Origin: Candidatus Saccharimonadia bacterium
Lineage (GTDB): Bacteria; Patescibacteriota; Saccharimonadia; UBA4664
Reading direction: 5' to 3'
DNA: 64,000 nt
Assembly (NCBI GenBank): GCA_035544015.1
Contig: DATKIP010000093.1
Span: 129,156-193,155, forward strand
Part shown: piece by piece, positions 22,898 to 32,358 of the stretch
Layout of the letters: each line of letters starts with the position of its first letter
Position numbering within the stretch: position 1 is the first letter of the stretch
The notes under the pieces: generated by a model
Told to the model about the DNA's origin: nothing
Database searches by the model: none
Seen by the model: only the letters and a program-made list of their open reading frames with translations
Position numbers and translations under genes: made by a program

Positions 22898-23322
22898 TCA
22901 GGCACCTATGGTCAATTTTGGCAACCCAATCGTCAGTTGACCAACAGACCAATAACCTCAGCATTTTCGACGTCATGGAGGAGCTCACAGTTCAGCTTCC
23001 CGTCGATGCGAAGCTACCTGCCGTCGTTCCGCTAAAACACACCATTGTATCGCTTTGGCAGAAAGAGCGTGGGAAAGAAGTTAATTTCGAATTAAGAATA
23101 GAAATTGTTGGTCCCAACGGGAATAAGCTCGGTGAAATAGTCCAAAAAATAAAAACCTTACCCCAGCACAGGCGGATGAGGACAATAACACAAATGGAGA
23201 CATTCCCATTAGTTGGGGCAGGAGAATACACCTTTAAAGTGTTCACAAGTGAGTCAGATACAGTGAGAACTCTTCAATCAGAACTTCCTCTTGACATCAT
23301 CATTCCTAAAATCGAGCAGTAA
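22894..23322 (+). CDS. hypothetical protein translationally coupled to higA (third gene of low-GC module)
   Basis: ATGA overlap with higA stop; same low GC; no known domain. Confidence 0.5.
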   Translation: MIRHLWSILATQSSVDQQTNNLSIFDVMEELTVQLPVDAKLPAVVPLKHTIVSLWQKERGKEVNFELRIEIVGPNGNKLGEIVQKIKTLPQHRRMRTITQMETFPLVGAGEYTFKVFTSESDTVRTLQSELPLDIIIPKIEQ

Positions 23323-23375
23323 AGAGCGATCTATTCACGCCGCCAGAATAATATATAAACCACGAGGAATTCGCC

Positions 23376-23792
23376 ATGGCCACACAAATCAAAGGCAACG
23401 GAACCAAAGAGTCGCCCTGGCAGCTCACCACGCCGCCCGGGACGTCGCAGTATCAGATGTACGAGGATGAATCGGCCGATCCGGCGGCCATTGTGTGCGT
23501 GGTGGGCTCCACGAAGCTCGGCTACCAGTTGCGGGCCGTCGAGGATCTGCACGCCATGCTCAAGGCTCACGGCGATTGGATGGAACTCGGCGCCGCCGAT
23601 GAGCAAAAGCCCGCCAAAGACGGCACCGTGGAGGCTTGGGGCCGCGCCGAAACCAACCCCGTAGGCGGCTGGTATGGCATCAAGAAGGGCTTGCGCGGCC
23701 GATTTGGCATGTACATGCCCCCGTTGCTCGAGGCGCTCGGACTAGCCGAGGTGGAGCACAATCCGCGCGGCAACCGGATGCGGGCTCTATAG
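23376..23792 (+). CDS. conserved hypothetical protein (138 aa)
   Basis: SD GAGGAA; motifs ESPWQLTTPPGTSQY, LHAMLKAHGDW, EQKPAKDGTVEAWGR, NPVGGWYGIKKGLRGRF. Confidence 0.5.
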   Translation: MATQIKGNGTKESPWQLTTPPGTSQYQMYEDESADPAAIVCVVGSTKLGYQLRAVEDLHAMLKAHGDWMELGAADEQKPAKDGTVEAWGRAETNPVGGWYGIKKGLRGRFGMYMPPLLEALGLAEVEHNPRGNRMRAL

Positions 23793-23853
23793 CTCAGGCG
23801 CTTGTGGTATAAAGCTATTGTTGCAATCGCCTAGCCGAGAGGCAGGATAGCCA

Positions 23854-24153
23854 ATGTCCACTGACACCCAACCGCCCCCGGACCCGCTCACCGACTACTC
23901 GCAGTGGATCGGCGGAATCCTCTACACTGTCACTAGTGAGCGGCGAACTGTTTCCGACACCTTCGGCTTCCGGGTCGACGAGGTCTCGCGGCTCATCACG
24001 CCGATCTTCCCCTCGCTCGGAGACACGATCTACATGGTCGCCCGCGAGTACTTCGTGGCCGGCCGCCCCTTGGCCAGCCTCACCATCAGGGCCACCACCC
24101 TGAACCTGTTGTTGCTCGCCGGGCCGGGCGGTCCGCACGCGTGCGGGCTCTGA
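23854..24153 (+). CDS. hypothetical protein (99 aa)
   Basis: ORF followed by palindromic element. Confidence 0.4.
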   Translation: MSTDTQPPPDPLTDYSQWIGGILYTVTSERRTVSDTFGFRVDEVSRLITPIFPSLGDTIYMVAREYFVAGRPLASLTIRATTLNLLLLAGPGGPHACGL

Positions 24154-24171
24154 CGGGGACATGCAACCCAA

Positions 24172-24200
24172 CCGGCCCCGGGACGACGTCCCGGGGCCGG
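24172..24200. repeat. palindromic element copy 1: CCGGCCCCGGGACG-A-CGTCCCGGGGCCGG
   Basis: perfect 14-bp arms; same arms and 5' flank (ACCCAACC) recur at 24673-24701. Confidence 0.75.
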
Positions 24201-24270
24201 CTCCACTAGGACAGCTGTCAATGCGCACATACGCTGCTTCAAATTACAGCTCAGCGGAAGGATAACGCAC

Positions 24271-24654
24271 ATGTCCCCAATCCAAACCGTCCGGCGGGTC
24301 CGTTTCAGTGCCAAGGGCGCCCTCGCTGCGGGCGGCGCTTACGGCCTGGCGCTCGGCGTCATCCACGCCTTCCTCAACCACGCCGGCACCAGCCCGATGG
24401 AGAAGCTCGGCGTCATCGCCGCGGCCGTGCTCATCGGGGCCGCCACGACGCTGCTGGCAAAGGAGCTCTTGTCGCTAATGCCCTCCGGCGGGTACATCAC
24501 CCAGCTCGTGCTCGGCTTCGGCGGCCTTGCCTACCTGCTCGGATGGAGCCAACCTTGGGTGCGCTGGCTCGTCATCCCGACGATTCCCTGCCTGCTCGCC
24601 GCGTTCGTGATGGACTACCAGGCCGAGGCCGGACCAAAGCGGCGGCACACATAG
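24271..24654 (+). CDS. hypothetical membrane protein (127 aa)
   Basis: 3-4 hydrophobic helices. Confidence 0.4.
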   Translation: MSPIQTVRRVRFSAKGALAAGGAYGLALGVIHAFLNHAGTSPMEKLGVIAAAVLIGAATTLLAKELLSLMPSGGYITQLVLGFGGLAYLLGWSQPWVRWLVIPTIPCLLAAFVMDYQAEAGPKRRHT

Positions 24655-24672
24655 AGGCTGACCGCCACCCAA

Positions 24673-24701
24673 CCGGCCCCGGGACCATCTCCCGGGGCCG
24701 G
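24673..24701. repeat. palindromic element copy 2: CCGGCCCCGGGA-ccatc-TCCCGGGGCCGG
   Basis: 12-bp arms, shared 5' flank CACCCAACC. Confidence 0.75.
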
Positions 24702-24829
24702 CGCACCGCCATTATTTTTCACGCTCGCCAGTTTGACACCCTTGCACTCAGTCCGCTAATGTGGCTAAACCTAGCAGAAAGTTCAAGATTCGGCCACGAG
24801 GTAGCCGAAACACAAAAGGGGGGAGTGGC

Positions 24830-25420
24830 ATGTACCCGCACTACGACGAACGAGCTACCCTACCGCCTACGTCTAGCGGTCGTCTACGCACAATGGTCGC
24901 CGAGGGAATCCCAGCCGTGGTCGCGCATCTCGCCACCGGCATGAAGCTGGCCGGCGAAATCGACCACACCATGGCGCGGCTCTACGCCGGCGGAATCCTC
25001 TCGGCCGAGCTGAGTGTGCTTCAAACGCTGCGGCTCGGCGGCGCCGAAGGCGACTGGTTTGTGCGCGAGGGCGAGGAGCCCACATGGGGCATCGGCGTAC
25101 GCCTCGACTTCGCGTTTAACCGCAGCTACATCGTCTGCTCGCTGCGCCGCGACACGCCGGCAGCCGCGCTCTACATCACCGTCGAGCGCATCGTGCCCGA
25201 TCGCGATCTGCAGCAAGAGCTCCTGCGGGTGACGTACACAGTCGAAACGGGCTTCATGTGCTGGGCCGGCGAAGACATCACGCTTGAGACCCAGCCAACG
25301 CTCGGCACCGAGGTGAGCTGTCGGGAGGCCTTCGAGATCGCAGTCAGAAAACTGTTCGATGCTCTCAAGAATGAAGCCGCCCACATCTTCGATGGCTATA
25401 CGCGACTGTCCGAGTATTAA
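24830..25420 (+). CDS. hypothetical protein (196 aa)
   Basis: SD GGGGGGAG before ATG 24830. Confidence 0.45.
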   Translation: MYPHYDERATLPPTSSGRLRTMVAEGIPAVVAHLATGMKLAGEIDHTMARLYAGGILSAELSVLQTLRLGGAEGDWFVREGEEPTWGIGVRLDFAFNRSYIVCSLRRDTPAAALYITVERIVPDRDLQQELLRVTYTVETGFMCWAGEDITLETQPTLGTEVSCREAFEIAVRKLFDALKNEAAHIFDGYTRLSEY

Positions 25421-25434
25421 CTCCGGCCCGAAGG

Positions 25435-25902
25435 GTGGCCACCATGCCCGATTCGAGTCTCGACCCGGCCGAGCGCAAAATCGTCGGGGACGTCCGGTCC
25501 AGAGTTGCCGGCAATTTCGGCATCGATGCCGACACCTGGAAGCGGTTGGTGGCGTGGGACGAATCAACCAAGTCTCAGCGCTGGATCGTCGGGATCATGA
25601 TCCTGGTGGCAATGGAGCTCATCCGCCGCCGGCGGGTGCACATGAGCGCCACGGCACCAAACGAGCGTGATCTCGCTCGTCGCATCAGCGCTGAGCTCGG
25701 CATCAATGCCCGCGCCAACCCCAAGAATCCCCATGCCCGCATGGCCGAGGCAGTCGGCGCAGCGGATCGCAAAGGGCTACTGCATGAAGTGCGAGAAGCA
25801 GTAGCAAGCATCTTTCTCGCGCTGCGCCAGTCGGAGTTCCCAAATTGGCGTACCATCGCTCGCCGGGTCGTCCATCCCCGGGCCAACAAGGACGACCAGT
25901 GA
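25435..25902 (+). CDS. hypothetical protein (155 aa)
   Basis: ORF only. Confidence 0.4.
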   Translation: MATMPDSSLDPAERKIVGDVRSRVAGNFGIDADTWKRLVAWDESTKSQRWIVGIMILVAMELIRRRRVHMSATAPNERDLARRISAELGINARANPKNPHARMAEAVGAADRKGLLHEVREAVASIFLALRQSEFPNWRTIARRVVHPRANKDDQ

Positions 25903-26047
25903 GACGCCCGGCGCTCGAGTTTCCGGTACCACCGGAACGCTCGAGCGCCGTCTCTCGTTTTATCGAGCGCTTGTCTCCCCAAACGCAGTGCGCCCCCGCC
26001 GAGACCGAAGTCAGGGCAGGGGCGTGGGCACCGATGGTGCAGGGGGA

Positions 26048-26797
26048 TCAGCCCCGAACTGGAACATAGGCGGCGTACGGCGACCCGGGGGTGATCAGGA
26101 GTCCGCGAACCGGCCGGCCACCGGGGTCGAGGACATCCGCGTAAAGCGATCGCTCATCCCGCGCGTCGAGCCGGAACGCCAGGGTGAACGCAGCCGAATC
26201 GCCGTCATGCGCCACTCCGGGCGCGTCCGGAAGCGTAACCGCTCGCGCAAAGGCCTCGTGCCACGCGAGACGCCTCGAACCTTCCCCGTCCCAAGCCCGT
26301 CCGAACACCGCCGCCAGCATCGCCGGCGACAGATCGGCCGCCGCCGGATTGGGATCGCGCCCGGCCGCCACATTGGCGCCGACCACGCCGAAGACGTAGC
26401 GCACCGCCAGATCGAGGCTCATGGGCTGCCGAACCTTCGACCAGTCGAGCCGTCCTCCGATGCTGGGCAGCCCCGGTAGGTAGAATCTGACCCAGCTGCC
26501 GGAGCCGGCCCAGAGGAACAGTCCGCTCGGGCCGGCCGACCCTATGGTCGGCGTGACTTCCAGCGACACCTTCCTCGGCTCGATGAGCGTCCAGCGCGTG
26601 TGGGGCAGCGGCGGAGTCACGTCGGGCACGGCCAGCTGGCCGAAGGTCACCGTGAGCGTGGATCCATCGATGGTGATGTCCACGATCGTTCCCTGGCACA
26701 TCGAAATAGCTTCGTCAGTGCCGTGAGAAATGCTGATCTCGCCACCCGCCGCATAAGGCGCTAGGTGTCGCGGCTGCAGAGCAAGAGGATCTTCCAT
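26048..26797 (-). CDS. hypothetical protein (249 aa)
   Basis: SD AGGAGG 7 nt upstream of ATG at 26797 (MEDPLALQ...). Confidence 0.5.
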   Translation of the reverse strand: MEDPLALQPRHLAPYAAGGEISISHGTDEAISMCQGTIVDITIDGSTLTVTFGQLAVPDVTPPLPHTRWTLIEPRKVSLEVTPTIGSAGPSGLFLWAGSGSWVRFYLPGLPSIGGRLDWSKVRQPMSLDLAVRYVFGVVGANVAAGRDPNPAAADLSPAMLAAVFGRAWDGEGSRRLAWHEAFARAVTLPDAPGVAHDGDSAAFTLAFRLDARDERSLYADVLDPGGRPVRGLLITPGSPYAAYVPVRG

Positions 26798-26915
26798 GGT
26801 CGCCTCCTGGGCGTCGGGCTGACGGGAACTGGCCAGAATGGCCGAGATTGGACTCACCGACTATACCATCATTACGCACTTTAGTCGAGGCATGCGGGTA
26901 GTGTAAAATACCCAC

Positions 26916-27368
26916 ATGACCACACCCGCCACACCCATCATTTACTACACCGACGGCAGCTGCGAGCCCAACCCTGGGGCCGGCGGATTTGCCGTTATTC
27001 GCTCTATGAAGCCACACGTGTTGGGTTCCGAACCCGTTAGCACCAACATTCGCATGGAGGGCCGGGCCCTCATTGCCGCGCTCGCCGACGCCGACGGCAC
27101 CCCCTGCCTCATTCACACCGACAGTGAATTCTGGATCAACGTCATCACCAAATGGTCCCTCAATTGGGAGCGCAACGGCTGGAAAAAGAAAGGCGGCGAC
27201 ATCAAAAACCTCGACCTCGTGCGCGAAGTCTGCGAGCTGTACCGTGCGTCCCAGGCCCGGCTCATCTGGGTACGCGGCCACAACAACGACCCAGGCAACG
27301 AGCTGGCCGACCAATGGGCCAACCGTGCCCGCGAACAAGGCGTACAAGCAACCAAGGAGGCAGTATGA
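26916..27368 (+). CDS. rnhA: ribonuclease HI
   Basis: YTDGSC, NPGAGG, HTDSEF, NGWKKKGG, GHNNDPGNELAD; TAAAAT -10 nine nt before ATG (leaderless). Confidence 0.9.
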   Translation: MTTPATPIIYYTDGSCEPNPGAGGFAVIRSMKPHVLGSEPVSTNIRMEGRALIAALADADGTPCLIHTDSEFWINVITKWSLNWERNGWKKKGGDIKNLDLVREVCELYRASQARLIWVRGHNNDPGNELADQWANRAREQGVQATKEAV

Positions 27369-27958
27369 AGTTCACCGAGCAAGAAATATTTGTGATGGCC
27401 GACCGAGCTTTGGAGCAGGTAGTCAGTCAGATCAAGCCCGAACAATATACCCAAATCGTGCCGCCCGAAATCACCACCCGCCAGCCGGGATCGTCGCTGC
27501 GCCAAATCATCAACTACCACGCCTACGACGACTCGTGGGTGCCCGACACCCTGGCCGGCAAAACCGCCGCCCAGGTCGGCGCCAAATACGACGGCGATCT
27601 GCTCGGCACCGACCCCGCCGACAGCTTTAGCCGCGTGGTTGACCGCGCCGTGAAGGCGGTCGAAAGATTCCGCGAGCCCGAGCGGGTGGTGCACCTAAGC
27701 TACGGCGACTTTCCGGCCCGAGACTATCTCATCCACATCACGAGCTTCCGCGGCTTTCGGGCCTACGATATCGCCAAATTTATCGGCGCCGATACCACGC
27801 TGCCGGCCGATCTGGTCCAGGGCATGTGGGACGAACTCTCGCCGCACTGGGAAGAATACCGCGCTATGGGTGTGTTTGGGCCGGCCGTAGAGACACCACC
27901 TCACGCCGACCTGCAGGCTCGGCTGCTGGCGCTCTCGGGCCGCAACCCAGCAGCCTAA
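27365..27958 (+). CDS. TIGR03086-like / DinB-MDMPI-superfamily protein
   Basis: SD AGGAGG; ATGA overlap with rnhA; C-terminal EEYRAMGVFGP...RLLALSGR typical of the actinobacterial TIGR03086 family. Confidence 0.5.
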   Translation: MKFTEQEIFVMADRALEQVVSQIKPEQYTQIVPPEITTRQPGSSLRQIINYHAYDDSWVPDTLAGKTAAQVGAKYDGDLLGTDPADSFSRVVDRAVKAVERFREPERVVHLSYGDFPARDYLIHITSFRGFRAYDIAKFIGADTTLPADLVQGMWDELSPHWEEYRAMGVFGPAVETPPHADLQARLLALSGRNPAA

Positions 27959-27983
27959 GCATCTCGCATCTCGGCTAGGGCCC

Positions 27984-28012
27984 TTGATAAATCGGTGAAA
28001 TATGCCTATAAT
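27984..28012 (+). promoter_or_regulatory. sigma70-like promoter (TTGATA-17-TATAAT) for 28024 gene
   Basis: -35 27984-27989, -10 28007-28012. Confidence 0.55.
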
Positions 28013-28023
28013 AACCAATTCTT

Positions 28024-28677
28024 ATGGCTACCACCGATACCACCCTTCTCAACCCCCGTCGCGGACCCCGTTTGGGCCTCCGCAGCCTCATCGGCCTGTT
28101 GGCACTTTTGGCGCCACTGGGTTACCTAGCCGGCCGTCTCAGTACGAGCCAACTTGCTGGTAGTTACATCGCTTTTCTTGGCTCCGGCCTTGCTCTCGGC
28201 GCGCTGGGGGCTATGATTGGCATCCCGATCGGCCTGTTTTTTGGCTCGCTGCGGTCCGGCACCACCCGCCCCAGCGCCGCCCTCAGCGCCAACACCCCCG
28301 CTATGGAGCGCGACATTCTCGAGCAACTCCGGGCCGAATTGGTCGAAGACAAAGCCCTCTTTGACGCTCGCCGCGGCAGTACCACCATGTACGCACGCAT
28401 CGAATATCTCATGTCGTTTTGGACTACCATCAAAGCTTCGGGCCGGCTGTTTGTGATGCAAGATGCCCACCTCCTAAACACTATCGCCACGGCCTACTAC
28501 TGGCTCGAGCAAGCCACCCACCTCGAAACCCTAGCCTACGAGGCCAAATACGCAGGCAAACAAATCGACGAAGCCCGCACCGCCGAGCACCTCATCGCCG
28601 AAGCCCGGCTGCTCGACGGCCAGCTCGATGCCGCTCTTTCGCGCGCTATAGCCGAAATCGACGCCACCCGGTCATAG
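28024..28677 (+). CDS. hypothetical membrane protein (217 aa)
   Basis: 2 TM helices then helical soluble domain. Confidence 0.45.
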   Translation: MATTDTTLLNPRRGPRLGLRSLIGLLALLAPLGYLAGRLSTSQLAGSYIAFLGSGLALGALGAMIGIPIGLFFGSLRSGTTRPSAALSANTPAMERDILEQLRAELVEDKALFDARRGSTTMYARIEYLMSFWTTIKASGRLFVMQDAHLLNTIATAYYWLEQATHLETLAYEAKYAGKQIDEARTAEHLIAEARLLDGQLDAALSRAIAEIDATRS

Positions 28678-28743
28678 CCACCTCGCGCTCGGCAAAAATT
28701 AACGCTACTATAGTTCTAGCTTTTAAACGAGGATGCGTCGGAT

Positions 28744-29328
28744 ATGTCGCTCGTGCTTGCGCTCAAGAACCGTAATTCCATCATAGCCGCCAGCGATAGC
28801 CCCACACCGACGGACGGTAGTCTAGCTTTTGGTCAGTTTATGAACGTCCCCGGTCGCGCCATCCTGCTCCTGGCAGGCAACCTGGCGGCCGTGCAGCGAC
28901 CCATCGTCGAAACCGTGCTACCCAAGCTCACCGCCAGCACCAGCGCCGCCACCCTGGCACAGCTCATCCAGGCCGCACTCGTGCTTGAGGTCGTGCCCCA
29001 TTTGGCGGGCATGGCCGGCCGCGTCGAAATCATCGTCGCCGGCATTGATCCCGTGCGCCACACCGAAGAGCCGGGGCTGTATTACCTGGATAGCGCCCAA
29101 GATTTCTATCTGCAGCCAATCCTGGGGCAATTCGTGGCCGCCGGCGCCAATGCGGCCGTCGCGGAGGTCATCGGCGACCAAGATCTCACCGCCGCCACGG
29201 ACGACGATCTCATTAATCTCGCTAAGGAATGCATCACCACCACCAAGCTGCGATGGCCCACTTCGGTAGCCCAGCACGTCCAGTTTGGCGTTATTTCGCC
29301 CGTTCGCACCCGTATACTCAATTTCTAA
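28744..29328 (+). CDS. proteasome beta/HslV-like Ntn-hydrolase-fold protein (possibly inactive)
   Basis: N-terminus SLVLALKNRNSIIAASDS resembles TTIVALK..GVVLAADSR of proteasome beta subunits; no conserved Lys33. Confidence 0.35.
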   Translation: MSLVLALKNRNSIIAASDSPTPTDGSLAFGQFMNVPGRAILLLAGNLAAVQRPIVETVLPKLTASTSAATLAQLIQAALVLEVVPHLAGMAGRVEIIVAGIDPVRHTEEPGLYYLDSAQDFYLQPILGQFVAAGANAAVAEVIGDQDLTAATDDDLINLAKECITTTKLRWPTSVAQHVQFGVISPVRTRILNF

Positions 29329-29362
29329 GGCATCATGGTTCCATCCCAGGTATAGTGGAGAT

Positions 29363-30568
29363 ATGAATTTATTCTCCGATAACACCAAGCGTCCCCTCGC
29401 CGACCGGGTGCGGCCGCGCACACTCGACGAATTTATCGGCCAAGCGCAGGTGGTGGGGGAGGGGCAATTTTTGCGCACCATGATCACACGCGGCACGCCT
29501 ACCTCGCTGATCTTGTGGGGGCCGCCCGGCACCGGCAAGACCACGCTCGCGCGCATCATTGCTTCAAGCGGCGATTTTGCCTTCGAGGAAATCTCCGCCG
29601 TCACGAGCGGCCTGCCCGACGTCAAAAAGGTCATCGAGCGCGCGGCCGAACGCAAAAAACTCGGCCAGGCCACGGTGCTCTTCGTCGACGAAATCCACCG
29701 CTTCAACAAGGCCCAGCAAGACGCCTTCCTGCCCCACGTCGAAACCGGCACCATCATCCTCATCGGCGCCACCACCGAAAACCCGTCGTTTGAGGTCATC
29801 GGGCCGCTGCTGTCACGTAGTCGCGTGGTGGTACTCGAGCCTCTGTCGGCCGAGCAGATTTTGGCCATCATCGAGCGGGCCACCCGCGAACTTCCGGGCA
29901 AAGCGCTCGACGCCGATGCCGCCCGCCTGCTGGCCGAGCTCTCCGCCGGCGACGCGCGGGTGGCGCTGGGCGGGCTCGAGACCGCCGCCGAGTTAGCCGG
30001 CGGCCGCATCACGCTGGAATCGGTGAAACAAGCCATGCAAAAACCTGGCCTCAAATACGACAAAAACGGCGAATATCATTACAATCTCATCTCGGCCTAC
30101 ATCAAATCTCTCCGCGGCGGCTCGGCCGATGCCGCACTGTTTTACCTCGCCCGCATGCTCGAAGGCGGCGAAGACCCCAAATTTATCGCTCGGCGACTGG
30201 TTATTTTTGCCTCCGAAGACATCGGCGTGGCCGACAACACCGCGCTGCCGCTGGCCGTAGCCGCCTTTCAAGCCATCGAACGCATCGGCTTGCCCGAAGG
30301 CCGCATCATATTGAGCCAAGCCACCATCGCGCTGGCCACTGCTCCCAAAGACCGCCGGGCCTATGACGCCATCGCCGCCGCTATTACCGCGGCCCAGGAG
30401 CACCCGGCCGCCGAGGTTCCGTTGCATCTGCGCAACGCTCCTACCAAGCTCATGAAAGACTTGGGTTACGGTCAAGATTATCGCTGGCAACCCGGCTTTG
30501 AGCCCGACCAAGGCTTTTTGCCCGATGAGCTCAAGCATCAGAAATTTTTCACACCAGATCAACAGTAA
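29363..30568 (+). CDS. rarA: replication-associated recombination protein A (AAA+ ATPase)
   Basis: LADRVRPRTLDEFIGQ..LILWGPPGTGKTTLARIIA, VLFVDEIHRFNK. Confidence 0.9.
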   Translation: MNLFSDNTKRPLADRVRPRTLDEFIGQAQVVGEGQFLRTMITRGTPTSLILWGPPGTGKTTLARIIASSGDFAFEEISAVTSGLPDVKKVIERAAERKKLGQATVLFVDEIHRFNKAQQDAFLPHVETGTIILIGATTENPSFEVIGPLLSRSRVVVLEPLSAEQILAIIERATRELPGKALDADAARLLAELSAGDARVALGGLETAAELAGGRITLESVKQAMQKPGLKYDKNGEYHYNLISAYIKSLRGGSADAALFYLARMLEGGEDPKFIARRLVIFASEDIGVADNTALPLAVAAFQAIERIGLPEGRIILSQATIALATAPKDRRAYDAIAAAITAAQEHPAAEVPLHLRNAPTKLMKDLGYGQDYRWQPGFEPDQGFLPDELKHQKFFTPDQQ

Positions 30569-30616
30569 GCGATAATAAGCCCGCGGCCGTTTCGCCAGGC
30601 CACCACAAAATAGCCT

Positions 30617-30645
30617 TTGCACTCGCAACATGCTTATGGTTTAAT
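30617..30645 (+). promoter_or_regulatory. sigma70-like promoter (TTGCAC-17-TTTAAT), leaderless to 30652 ORF
   Basis: -10 ends 6 nt before ATG. Confidence 0.45.
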
Positions 30646-30651
30646 GAGCGC

Positions 30652-30915
30652 ATGGCAAAGACTACCAAACAAGCGCGCGGTCGCGAAACCGACAACGCTT
30701 ATTTTCTCAAAATTCTCATTTATTTTGTACTCGGACTCATTTGGGTTAAGGTCAACGGCTTCGTCGTAGTGCCCATTGGACTAATTTTGGGCATCATTAT
30801 CGCCCAGCACGACCACTTCTCGATTGATCGCAAGATAGAATACGCTATTTTGCTCGTATCCGCCGTTCTCGGGCTGGCCGGCTTCGGCGCATATCTCGGC
30901 TTTTGGCTCGGCTAA
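30652..30915 (+). CDS. small membrane protein (87 aa)
   Basis: 2 TM helices; lower-GC segment. Confidence 0.3.
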   Translation: MAKTTKQARGRETDNAYFLKILIYFVLGLIWVKVNGFVVVPIGLILGIIIAQHDHFSIDRKIEYAILLVSAVLGLAGFGAYLGFWLG

Positions 30916-30916
30916 G

Positions 30917-31156
30917 CTAAAATTCGCGTAGCAACGATCGCACGGCTACCGCCGCGACTCCCAGTATGCAGCCAAGCTGCACTGCCGACAAGACCGCGCG
31001 CATCACCTCTAAATCCTGGGGCACATACTGATACGCGATCGTAATAGCAACGGCCGGAATGAGTAATGCACCAATTTGATTGAGCGTAGAATGCTGATTC
31101 AAAGCGTTTCTCCAATAGGAATACTGCATAGTACCATAGCATAAGTGCTTTGTCAA
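30917..31156 (-). CDS. small membrane protein (79 aa)
   Basis: hydrophobic ORF. Confidence 0.25.
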   Translation of the reverse strand: MTKHLCYGTMQYSYWRNALNQHSTLNQIGALLIPAVAITIAYQYVPQDLEVMRAVLSAVQLGCILGVAAVAVRSLLREF

Positions 31157-31195
31157 TACTGACGAATGAGCAGCGAGCCGCTAGAGTACTAACGT

Positions 31196-31567
31196 ATGTG
31201 GATTTTTATTTGCGGTAACTTACCATTGCCGCTCATTCTCTATCTGAACTGGCATGTCACGAGAAAGTTCTTGCGCGTGCGCAAACTTTCCAAGCACGTA
31301 CCCATAGCCAAACCGCGGCGCCTCGTCATTGGTTGGTGGCTCACCAATGTATCGGCGGTATTCGTGCTCATCCCCGTGCTCACCGAGCATCGACTGTTCG
31401 TCCAAGACTACCGCTGGCTGGTGTCCTATGCCCTAGCTGCCACCTTCACCATCACCGGACTGGTGCTCATGAACGACGCTTTGGGGGAGGAGCTGGCGGC
31501 CCTAGCGCATCGCCGGCGTAAAAACCCGTCTAAACCTGTTGACACTACAGCCTCAGATACGCTATAG
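31196..31567 (+). CDS. small membrane protein (123 aa)
   Basis: hydrophobic ORF. Confidence 0.3.
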   Translation: MWIFICGNLPLPLILYLNWHVTRKFLRVRKLSKHVPIAKPRRLVIGWWLTNVSAVFVLIPVLTEHRLFVQDYRWLVSYALAATFTITGLVLMNDALGEELAALAHRRRKNPSKPVDTTASDTL

Positions 31568-31698
31568 TCACATGGTATTTGGCCTCAGCAGCCACCTGCG
31601 GGGCGTGCAAAGACTAGGAAGCGGCAGGTCTCCACGATAGGAGAAACCATCGTTGCCTAGCGCTTATTTTATGTAACTTTAGGATAGTTTGACCTCAT

Positions 31699-32358
31699 AT
31701 GAAGGCGCTTCTCGGAACCAAACTCGGTATGACCCAGCTCTTTGACGAGAGCGGTAACGTCGCACGCGTTACGCTTATTCAGGCTGGTCCCTGCGTGGTC
31801 ACCCAAGTGAAAACCCAAGCAACGGACGGCTACAATGCCGTTCAAATTGGTTTTGGCGAGGCCAAGCATCAGCCCAAGCCGCAGGCCGGCCACCTCAAGC
31901 CCGCCGGCAGCAACGCTCACAAGCTGCGTGAAATCCGCATTCAGGACGTCCAGGCCGGCCACCCCGACGCCAAGACTCGCGAGGCCGCCGCGGTCGAGGC
32001 CCTGGCACTCGAGGTCGGCGCCACCATCGATGTTACCGCCTTTGAGGCTGGCGACGCGGTGCAGGTGACCGGTATTTCAAAGGGCAAAGGCTTTGCCGGT
32101 ACGATCAAGCGCCACAACTTCAGCCGCGGGCCCAAGACTCACGGTTCGCGCAACTATCGCGCACCGGGTTCGATTGGTTCTGGCTATCCGGAGCACGTCT
32201 TCAAGGGCATGCGCATGGCCGGCCACATGGGCCACGAGCGCGTTACGGTTAAAGGTCTCAAGGTCGTCGTGGTAGATGCCGCCCTCGGGGTACTGGCCAT
32301 TTCCGGCGCTGTGCCCGGCCCCAAGCGCGGGCTCGTAATGATCCGAGGTGCCGCATGA
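31699..32358 (+). CDS. rplC: 50S ribosomal protein L3
   Basis: MKALLGTKLGMTQLFDESGN...; 219 aa. Confidence 0.96.
   Translation: MKALLGTKLGMTQLFDESGNVARVTLIQAGPCVVTQVKTQATDGYNAVQIGFGEAKHQPKPQAGHLKPAGSNAHKLREIRIQDVQAGHPDAKTREAAAVEALALEVGATIDVTAFEAGDAVQVTGISKGKGFAGTIKRHNFSRGPKTHGSRNYRAPGSIGSGYPEHVFKGMRMAGHMGHERVTVKGLKVVVVDAALGVLAISGAVPGPKRGLVMIRGAA

Noticed and set aside
31568-31698. L4-type autoregulatory leader upstream of rplC
   Set aside because: rpsJ is detached and the 130-nt region shows only weak hairpins (CCTGC..GCAGG) and no SD. This is insufficient to claim an S10-leader-like attenuator.
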